Source of the DNA: Oculina patagonica
Taxonomy: Eukaryota
Reading direction: 5' to 3'
Assembly: GCF_052425735.1 (NCBI RefSeq)
Contig: NC_135763.1
Location: 31,000,001 to 31,064,000 of the forward strand
Length of the DNA: 64,000 bases
The position numbers and the translations under genes are program-made. Of the stretch, positions 28,443-64,000 are shown one piece after another (position 1 is the stretch's first letter; each line of letters begins with the position of its first letter). The notes beneath the pieces were generated by a model. That model worked only from the letters and a program-made list of their open reading frames with translations. It searched no databases and was not told where the DNA came from.

Positions 28443-28662
28443 TGTAGTTTCCTTCTATTATAAAAGATGGCAAGAATCTAATTCAGTGGAACTTAACAAA
28501 AGAAAACAATTATTCATCTCAAGTCACTCTGGCGCATCTACCGTAAATTTAGATTTTAGTTATGTCAGAGAATTCTGGTTATGCATGCACTGTGAATTAC
28601 ATTGTTCGCGAAAAACGTGATTCTTTTTCGAAAAACGCTGCGACAAAACGAAGTTTGAAGAC

Positions 28663-28758
28663 GTATTCGTATTCTCGGTATTGGACTGAAACACGTTTGC
28701 AATGAAGCTCTAAATGACATGAAGCTCTTTTTAATGATGTTCCCCGCATTAGCCTGTT

Positions 28759-28791
<33 letters not shown>

Positions 28792-28805
28792 CGAGAATAC
28801 GAATA
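28663..28805. mobile_element. Short MITE-like inverted repeat; paralogous copy at ~44433-44576
   Basis: tattcgtattctcggtattggactg ... cagtccaataccgagaatacgaata. Confidence 0.6.
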
Positions 28806-29702
28806 TGGTCTGCTTCACAATGGAGTCCAAATCTGGGGTGGATAACACCTGATAAAAAATTTAACGGAGAGTCTGTCTTCGGTCTGGCGCCTGCGCTACT
28901 TGCAGCTTAATTACAGCAAACCCGAGTTACGCTACTGCTTGCAGTCTAGAAATAACTGAAAACTGTTAGCCGAGATCGTGAAATCTTCAGGTTTAACTGT
29001 GGTTAACATTTAGCCGAGAAATGTTAAAGTTTTAACTAACAACCAAGAAATCTATTACCAGTGGCAAGTCAGATAGATTATCCAATTCCTACCTTCGTTT
29101 AGCAATGCAAGTGAAAGAGAGAAAGGAGAAATGTTCGTGAAACTGACTGTGTCAAAATTTAAATTGCCAGAATATTATCGTCAAGTGAACGCCATTTAGT
29201 TGGAATACAATAGGTAATTATGCTAAATCACGTTCTTATTCGTTTTTACACCTGCATAATCAAACGAAAGAAGGATCTGCAGGCTATTTGGCTTAAAACC
29301 ATCCCAAGACGCAAATCTTATCTTAGGTTCTGATCATTTACCAAATCCACCACTCTAGGTTATTATTTCTTACAGAACTGGCTTGCAGTTTAGGAAAACA
29401 ATAGCACTCTTGATCGAGCAAGCTATAACTCCCGCATGTAGCAAAGAAGCGTTTTCTGGACAGTTATTTCCATAATTACATGGCATCAATCCAGCTACAA
29501 ATTACAATAGCAGCAAAAGATGGAAGTTAAGATGTTGAATCAAGCTAAACGAAAACAGTTTTGTAATCTGCAGGACTGAAACCGAGCTCTAACGATGCCA
29601 GAAATCCATTATAAGCAATTTGCAACTCAATAAAATAATGAACATTTGATTGCAAAATGCCACTTGCTTACATCATAATGCATACTTACTGTTAGAGGTA
29701 GT

Positions 29703-29860
29703 ATACTTACTAATTCCTGATCGACTACCTGTCTTAAATCATCAAACGATTTAACGATCAGACAACACGAAAACAGCACAGAGACGAATGTTTTATAATA
29801 CTGACGATTTCTCTTAAGCGATTTTCAGACTGAGAATAATGAATATGCAAACATGAAATA
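29703..29860 (-). promoter_or_regulatory. Probable non-coding first exon / promoter region of gene 1 (paralogous sites at ~45480-45630 and ~63811-63980)
   Basis: Each ATG exon begins just after an acceptor AG (19629-30, 43174-75, 62529-30). Homologous donors GTAAGTAT/GTGAGTAT occur at 29710, 45487 and 63818 inside a block conserved among the three paralogs. The TSS cannot be located from sequence alone. Confidence 0.45.
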
Positions 29861-30324
29861 GTAAACAATTGTTACAATATTGTCACCGTCAAAAGCAATC
29901 GTTCTTCCTGCGCAAAAAATATCGAAAATGTAGCCGCTTTAAATTAAGTGGGAAAACATTCCAGTTTTGTAATGACCATTATAACCCATTTTTGGAAAAC
30001 GTTTGATAAAGGGTCGGAGTTAGCATAAATTTTGTATTGCGTGACGCCAACAAAGCTTGTAGCAAAGATTTGCATAGCTTCGAATTCTAGTGTTACTAAT
30101 TACGTTCAAACAAGGAGAACGCGAACGGGTTTTGTTTTGTTTTAACAGTCGAAAAAAGAATATTGATAAAATATTGATACTTTTTAAGAGGCGAGAACAA
30201 CAGGCGCCAACTCGGCGATGATCTAAAGGTTTTCTATGATTTTATTGTGTCAAGAATGAATGAAACCTTTAACTACTTCCTCATCTGGAGTACTATAAAA
30301 AATCCGCTGCATGAATGTTACATC

Positions 30325-30491
30325 TAGCCTGCGTAGCTGGCGCGATTAATGCGGCTCTAGAACAATCGTGGACGAAGCCCGCGTGCGTGAGCGGCAAATC
30401 CTCCCCAATTCCCTCGCGGCTTCACAGCTCGACTTTGCCGTTCGCCGTAAACAAAGCACTCGATCGCGAATCCCGCCAGCTACACAGGCTA
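30325..30491. mobile_element. MITE with TAG...CTA termini and imperfect 9-bp TSD (AcademH-like); paralogous copy at 46415-46578
   Basis: tgttacatc|tagcctgcgtagctggcg ... cgccagctacacaggcta|tgctccatc. Confidence 0.65.
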
Positions 30492-31145
30492 TGCTCCATC
30501 TAAATATATGAGGGGCGCACAAAACAACCCAGAAATGCCACAGTAGTCAATTCAGGCATGCAACGAATACACGGATGACGTCAGTGTTTTCGAAAGCCTC
30601 CGTTTTCGCTGGTTTTCGCTCCGTTTTCGAAATACACTTTAATCCGGATATATTTGAAAACGGAGCTTTCGCCCCGAAAACGGATAAAATTGTCAATAAT
30701 TTCACTGTTCAAAGTAATCCGGATAGATTTGAAAACGAATCACGCATCGGCCCTAGATGAATGGTAGAGCATGCGTACGTTCATTACTCGAACCTGCCCG
30801 CACAAAATTCAAATCAGGGAGTTAAAAAAAAAAAACATTAGGGTTTTCACGAAAGCTTTCTTCGCCTTGATTTGACCGTTGATACCATATTGCATTATAA
30901 GCTCATTTGAGCTGAAACGGGGGGATGGAGCACTCCTATTTATAGCGCGTCTATCAATTCATTTAGTTTTACTCCTTTATGTTCCGGTTCTGGAGGTAAA
31001 AGTAATATTCTAAAATGTGCAATTTAGTTTCTTTAGATTTGATGAGGTTGCTGTCTAATATTCAAGGTTTTGCCAAAAAGTAGTTCTTCATTTCTTGGTA
31101 ATAAGAAATAAAAAGTCCCTAATCAGATACATGTATTAACTATCC

Positions 31146-31373
31146 TTTACAGCGCGGCGCGCCTTACCGTGGCCACCCAACAAACTTTTTTTACAAGTGT
31201 GCTCTCGTAATATTATCAACCGTTTGACGAACACGCTTCCTTGAAAAGTTGAATACGATCAAATAGATACTTGTTACATCGTATTTACCAATAAAACGCA
31301 GTCAATATTACAAGATGACACTTGTAAAAAAAAATTTGTTGGGTAGCCACGGTAAGGTGCGTCGCGCTGTAAA
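31146..31373. mobile_element. MITE downstream of gene 2; paralogous copy at ~48195-48423
   Basis: tttacagcgcggcgcgccttaccgtggccacccaacaaa / tttgttgggtagccacggtaaggtgcgtcgcgctgtaaa. Confidence 0.65.
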
Positions 31374-31481
31374 GGAACACATTATCTTAGCAGTCTTCCA
31401 ACATTGCATTTCTGATTAAAAAGAAACAGACCATCACTTCAGTTTATTTATAGAAAAAGTTTGTTCAATCGCGATCCTCCA

Positions 31482-43171
<11,690 letters not shown>

Positions 43172-46066
43172 AACTGAAAATCAAGTAGATGAGCGTTAAG
43201 TAATAGACAGCTGTTGTGTTAAAGGGCAAAAAGTAAAACTGCAGACGTTGCAAATCTTAATCAGTCTTACACTCTTACTTTTTTTATGAACACCGAGACT
43301 TCATAGAAATGACATTATCACAACACACAATAAAATGAGTATGCAACCATATTTGTTGTTGTAAGACGTCCTCAATAATACTACAGTACAAGAAAAACAA
43401 AAGTAAATAAACAGTCGCGAAGTAAACTTACAAAATCTACATAAAACGATAAGAGGGCACTAGCTTACTTATGGACCTAAGCCAGTGGCTGTTAGACGAT
43501 ATCAACTCGTTCCTCACGGCCAAATCTATTAAATATTTGGGCACGGTTGCGGTTAGGGATGGATGTGTGGTTGCAACAGACTAGCATCCCGGTCATCCGG
43601 AGGCCATTCATTACCATAAATTCAAGATATCAATGACTCGCCTACCCGAATTGAAAATCGTTAAAATTCAGTCGTCAATAAACATATCAAGGCACTTCAA
43701 CAAGGGTGAATTTCTGGCGTCACGGCAGACATGGAACTCTTTGTTCCAAATGCATTGGCGGATATCAACCCACTTGCGGGTTTTCCCCACTCACTGAACA
43801 TTAAGCTTTAATTTTGTTTCCATCGTGCTTAGTGATTCATTCCATTTTTAGAATTTCCGAACTAACTGATCACGAACAACGCAAATTTTGTAACATTTAC
43901 TATATATTTACTGGCGGTAACATGCATTAATTTGATCGAAAATATTCAAAATGCATTTAGTAGTGTAATTTGTGTTCGGGAAAGTACTCTAGGGCTCGCT
44001 TCTTGACAAAACGACTTTTAAATTTGAACGTAAAACTCACAACAATCCTTTTCCTATTTACAGACAAAGTGAACGAAACTCAAGGCTAACACTTTGCGGC
44101 TCGACTCGACTCGACTCGGCAAGACTCGATCTCTTCTTGATTCTACGTTCCCCATACAAAAAATAAATTGCTTCAGTTTTACGCTTTTGACAGATAAACC
44201 ATTATTACTATTATAATAGATGGTTAGAATCAAGTTCAGTGGAACTTAACAAAAAAGTAAACAATTATTCATTATTTTCTAGTCACTCTGGCGCATCTAC
44301 CGTAAATTTAGATTTTAGTCATGTCATTAGCTGTCAGAGGATTCTGGATTTGTATGCACTTTGAATTACAGTGTTCGCAAAAGAATTTGATTATTTTTCG
44401 AAAAACGCTGCGACTTAACGCAGTTTGAAGACGTATTCGTATTCTCGGTATTGGACTGGGACAAGTTTGCAATAAAGCTCTAAATGACATGAAGCTCTTT
44501 TTAATGATATTCCCCCGCCTTAGCCTGTTAGCCTCCATTTCAAGCTAGTTCCAGTCCAATACCGAGAATACGAATATGGTCTGCTTCACGATGGAGTCCA
44601 AATCTGGGGTGGATAACACCTGATAAAAAATTTAACGGAGAGTCTGTCTTCTGTCTGGCGCCTGCGCTACTTGCAGCTTAATAACAGCAAACCCGAGTTA
44701 TGCTACTGCTTGCAGTCTAGAAATAACTGAGAAAAAAAAAACTGTTAGCCGAGATCGTAAAATCTTCAGGTTTAACTGTGGTTAACATTTAGCCGAGAAA
44801 TGTTAAAGTTTCAACTAACAACCGAGAAATCTATTACCAGTGGCAAGTCAGATAGATTATCCAATTCCTACCTTCGTTTAGCAATGCAAGTGAAAGAGAG
44901 AAAGGAGAAATGTTCGTGAAACTGACTGTGTCAAAATTTAAATTGCCAGAATATTATCGTCAAGTGAACGCCATTGTTGGAATACAATAGGTAATTATGC
45001 TAAATCACGTTCTTATTCGTTCTTACCCTTGCATAATCAAACGAAAGAAGGATCTGCAGGCTATTTGGCTTAGAACCATCCCAAGACGCAAATCTTATCT
45101 TAGGTTCTGATCATTTACTAAATCCACCACTCTAGGTTATTATTTCTTACAGAACTGGCTTGCAGTTTAGGAAAACAATAGCACTCTTGACCGAGCAAGC
45201 TATAACTTCCGCATGTAGCAAAGAAGCGTTTTCTGGACAGTTATTTCCATAATAACATGGCATCAATCCAGCTACAAATTACAATAGCAGCAAAAGATGG
45301 AAGTTAAGATGTTGAATCAAGTTAAACGAAAACAGTTTTGTAATCTGCAGGACTGAAACCGAGCTCTAACGATGCCAGAAATCCATTATAAGCAATTTGC
45401 AACTCAATAAAATAATGAACATTTGATTGCAAAATGCCACTTGCTTAACTCATAATGCATACATACTGTTAGAGGTAGTATACTTACTAATTCCTGATCG
45501 ACTACCTGTCTTAAATCATCAAACGATTTAACGATCAGACAACACGAAAACAGCACAGAGACGAATGTTTTATAATACTGACGATTTCTCTTAAGCGATT
45601 TTCAGACTGAGAATAATGAATATGCAAACATGAAGTAGTAAACAATTGTCACAATATTGTCACCGTCAAAAGCAATCGTTCTTCCTGCGCAAAAAATATC
45701 GAAAATGTAGCCGCTTTAAATTAAGTGGGAAAACATTCCAGTTTTGTAATGACCATTATAACCCATTTTTGGAAAACGTTTGATAAAGGGTCGGAGTTAG
45801 CATAAATTTTGTATTGCGTGACGCTAACAATGCTTGTAGCAAAGATTTGCATAGCTTCGAATTCTAGTGTTACTAATTACGTTCAAACAAGGAGAACGCG
45901 AACGGGTTTTGTTTTGTTTTAACAGTCGAAAAAGAATATTGATAAAATATTGATACTTTTTAAGAGGCGAGAACAACAGGCGCCATCTCGGTGATGATCT
46001 AAAGGTTTTCTATGATTTTATTGTGTCAAGAATGAACGAAACCTTTAACTACTTCCTCATCTGTAG

Positions 46067-46380
46067 TACTATTCGCACTGCATAAATTATCGACATCGCA
46101 TATAAGTACTACAAATCATGAATAAATTGACATTGTTCAAGTGCGACGGCGGAGGGAACATACTAAGTGCTATTAAGAGCCAGCTGGTAGTTTTGTTGAA
46201 TATTTTTGGGACTTAGTTATGGGTGTTTATATCGTTTGAGGGTATTATGGATGGTACAATTTCACCTACCCACCCACCCTCCCATTATGTACTTAGTTTG
46301 CACTGCGACTCTTGTCGGGTCGCCGAATTTTATCCCCAATCTTAAATGCGATGCGATGATTGTTGCAGTGCAGAATAGTA
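46067..46380. mobile_element. MITE upstream of gene 2
   Basis: tactattcgcactgca ... tgcagtgcagaatagta; the paralogous site at ~30290 is empty. Confidence 0.7.
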
Positions 46381-48536
46381 TACTATAAAAAATCCGCTGC
46401 ATGAATGTTACATCTAGCCTGCGTAGCTGGCGCGATTAATGCGGCTCTAGAAAAATCGTGGACGAAGCCCGCGTGCGTGAGCGGCGAATCCTCCCCAATT
46501 CCCTCGCAGCTTCGCAGCTCGACTTCGTTCGCCGTAAACAAAGCACTCGATCGCGAATCCCGCCAGCTACACAGGCTATGCTCCATCTAAATATATGAGG
46601 GGCGCACAAAACAACCCAGAAATGCCACAGTAGTCAATTCAGGAATGCAACAAATAGACGGATGACGTCAGTGTTTTCGAAAGCCTCCGTTTTCGCTCCG
46701 TTTTCGAAATCCACATTAATCCGGATATATTTGAAAAGGGAGCTTTCGCCCCGATAACGGATAAAATTTTCAATAATTTCACTGTTGACAGTAATCCGGA
46801 TAGATTTAAAAACGAATCACGCATCGGCCCTAGATGAATGGTAGAGCATGCGTACGTTCATTATTCGCGCCCGTCTGCACAAAATTCAAATCAGGGAGTT
46901 AAAGGTTTTTGTCGACGCCAAGGATAACGTAGATAAAAAAAAACGTTAGGGCTTTTAAAAGCCTCCATTTTCGTCGCCCACAACTTATGCGTTCTCGAAA
47001 AGGTCTATTATTAAATGTCTCCCCTCTGGATTGCGTGTGCCAATGTATGCGTTCAGTAAACAGCTATTTCGAGAAAGGTTGTTGAAAAAAAAAAACACAT
47101 CAAATTGCACGCGACAAGACCGAAAGGTGGTCTGGGGATTCACTGGAATTTTGCATATTGGCCTAGAGAAAATTTACAATTTTGTATTTTTGCACGTGGA
47201 GAATTTGTTTTTCTTCTCAGGAGGCCTATATCTGTAGCTTTACATTTACTGTCGCATGTCTTTGAGTGAGGAAAAATTCTTCTGAACTTCAGAGGGTCTA
47301 AACGTACTTTTTTTCAACATGTCTGAAAAGAAAGAAAACCTGAAAATTGCGCTTATTTTGTTGTTATATCTCATTAGTATTCAACACGTGCATTAGCTCA
47401 ATACGTCTACCCATACTACCTTTAGGGATTGGCTTGTGCAGTTTTGTGCTTTTTTCCGACAACGTTTCTTGAAATAGCTGTATTGTGGACGACAAGCAAA
47501 AACGGATCCACAAATATGAGTTTTCAAAAATGCATACGCATTATTGTGAACGGGACCTCAGTTGACAGCGCTTTTTGATGTTGGTTGTTTTCCTTATTTT
47601 TTTATACTAACAGTCATGATAATTAAATTGATAACAAAAAGTCTAACGTTTGCAAGTCAATAATATTACCTGCTTTGAAAGGGATCTAAGCAAAACACAC
47701 TCTAATTTTTATTTCTTATACAATTTTTACACAATATTTTGTATTTTTTTTATACATTATACGATATTTAAACACGAAGACATGCTATAAAAGGAAGGGT
47801 ACCTTAGGTACATGAGGATCATTTGTCAATGAACCGTCGTAGCTTACAGGCCTCTGTAAAAATAACAACTAAAGTGGAATTTTCACGAAAGCTTTCTCCG
47901 CCTTGATTTGACCGTTGCATACCATATTGCATTATAAGCTCATTTAAACTGAAACGGGGGGATGGAGCACTCCTATTTATAGCGCGTCTTGAGCTTTCCT
48001 ATCAATTCATTTAGTTTTACTCCTTTATGTTCCGTTTCTGGAGGTAAAAGTAATATTCTAAAATGTGCAATTTAGTTTCTTTAGATTTGACGAGGTTGCT
48101 CTCTAATATTCAAGGTTTTACCAAAAAGTAGTTCTTCATTTCCTAGTAATAAGAAATAAAAAGTCCCTAATCAGATACATGTATTAACTATCCTTAACAG
48201 CGCGACGTGCGCATGCCTTACCGAGGCCACCCAACAAACTTGTGCTCTCGTAATATTATCAACTGTTTGACGAACACGCCCTCTTGCAAAGTTGAATACG
48301 ATCAAATAGATACTTGTTACATCGTATTTACCAATAAAACGCAGTGAAACGTTAAATATTACAAGATGACACTTGTAAAAAAAGTTTGTTGGGTAGCCAC
48401 GATAAGGCGCGTCGCGCTGTAAAGGAACATATTATCTTAGCAGTCTTCCAACATTGCATTTCTGATTAAAAAGAAACAGACCATCACTAGGTTTCAGTTT
48501 ATTTATAGAAAAAGCTTGTTCAATCGCGATCCTCCA

Positions 48537-62508
<13,972 letters not shown>

Positions 62509-62576
62509 ACACGGCGCGTGGTAGGTACCTAAATATGATAAATGTATTGTTAATCAGTGATTTTATTCAGGCCGTT

Positions 62577-63083
62577 CCGGGCACAGGCTTCCCAAGCTCA
62601 AAAGTCGTCTTTTTGATGTGTTTTTGAGAGCTCTTCGTGCGGCCGACTCTACATACGTGGTGTATGCGACAGCTTGTGTATATAGAGAAATGTATGGGGA
62701 AATCACGGATTCTCTAAAATCGGGTGAATAACTATCTATTTTGAAATAAAGTTAACCTACCTCAAATTTGTCGCTTACTTGTGTCTTGTGCCGAATTCGA
62801 AGCCATTCCGACGCCATTTAGCGAAGTTATTCGAAGTCGTTGTCTCCCCGGAATGGCTTCGAATTCGGCAAAAGACACTAGTAAACGACACATTTGAGGT
62901 AGGTAAACTTTATTTCAAAATAGATAGTTATTTACCTGATTTTAGAGAATCCGTGATTTTGCCATACATTTCTCTATATACACAAGCTGTCGCATACACC
63001 GCGTATGTAGAGTCGGCCGCACGAAGGGCTCTCAAAAACACATCAAAAAGACGACTTTTGAGCTTGGGAAGCCTGTGTTCCGG
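62577..63083. mobile_element. ~505-bp near-perfect palindromic (foldback) element in the 5' intron of gene 3
   Basis: cacaggcttcccaagctcaaaagtcgtctttttgatgtg... mirrors ...cacatcaaaaagacgacttttgagcttgggaagcctgtg over ~230 bp per arm. Confidence 0.85.
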
Positions 63084-64000
63084 GTAATGGTTTTATCGAA
63101 GTTGTTATTTGTGAAAACACTGAGTTGACTATTTCAACTTCAAAAAGCTTTTCTCAGCATCAATAAACTACTCCATTCCTCCCCTTTTTAGCATTGCGAC
63201 GGAAAGAGAAAAAAGGAAAAACGTTTATGAAGCTGACCGTGTCAAAATTTGAATTGTACAGATACTTGTATTGTCACGTGATCGTCATTGTAGGAATGCA
63301 ATCGCAAATTATGCTAATTGCTTACAAGTCGTTACGCCGTTTCAACTATTGCGTAAACTACAGAAAAATCTTTTAATACAGCTATTTCATGTCGCAGCTC
63401 TAGATCTTATGTTAGGTACTGATTATCTATTAAATACCCCAACTCTTCTTAAATAACTTTTTTTTCCAGTTCAGAAAAGCAAAAGCAAACAGTTGAAAAT
63501 GATCGAGCAAGCGGTAACTTCCGCATGGCAGGCAACGAACCGTAATCTGTGGAACAGTAATTACACCGGCCATTGGTATTGCTTGGCGTCTAAGTTCGCC
63601 ACCTTGACATAAAGGCTAACATGCACTAACACATGGTGGTTAAGATGTCCGCAGGACTGAGTGTCAGCTCTGACAATCATTGAAATTTACTAAAAGCGAC
63701 TTACAACTACAACTCAACAATAAAATAAACATTTGTCTGCAAATGTCATTTGTGAAGCTCATTTTTTGCCGTTACAGAATAAATACGAACAGTTTCAAGT
63801 GAAATGTAATATACTCACCAGTCCCGATCAGCTGTCAGTCTTAAATCGTCGAAAAACTCTCGAAAAGAGAAGCCTACGCTCATTTAACACAAATTAGCGC
63901 AGAGGCAAATACATATACTGTTGACTCAAGTTGCCGGCCAGTGACCTCAGGACAGATTTAAATGCAAACAAATATGCAGAAATCAAAAGGTAATAGTCAT

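Noticed and set aside
63819-63883. Upstream ATG in the putative first exon of gene 3 as the true start
   Set aside because: After splicing to 62528 it is out of frame with the signal-peptide ATG at 62508; at most a uORF.

Overview
AT-rich, intron-rich animal genomic DNA. An anthozoan (probably stony coral) origin is inferred from the repeat types and gene style, not proven. The core of the window is a head-to-tail array of three minus-strand receptor tyrosine kinase genes with 17 coding exons each: gene 1 (CDS 19626->4054, ~811 aa), gene 2 (43171->31482, ~811 aa) and gene 3 (62508->48537, ~879 aa). I rebuilt all three exon by exon with GT-AG boundaries and consistent phases. Each protein has a signal peptide, an Eph-type ligand-binding + sushi region, a shortened Cys-rich exon, FN3 and a TM helix. 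The kinase, however, is RET/FGFR/Torso/Cad96Ca-like rather than Eph-like, there is no SAM domain, and the tail is short with two YVN motifs, so the architecture looks chimeric. The ligand-binding exon of genes 1 and 2 differs at ~20% of residues while its flanking introns are nearly identical. Gene 2 looks like an unequal-crossover hybrid (5' from gene 1, 3' from gene 3). Genes 1 and 2 replace the second FN3 of gene 3 with 15-nt and 30-nt micro-exons. The introns are full of mobile DNA: three defective Crypton (DUF3504 tyrosine recombinase) copies, two near-identical Helentron-type HINEs (one inserted into a splice-acceptor pyrimidine tract), a 3-kb foldback element, LINE fragments, many MITEs and Penelope-type minimal hammerhead motifs. 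Assembly gaps fall in the stalk-encoding intron of genes 1 and 2.
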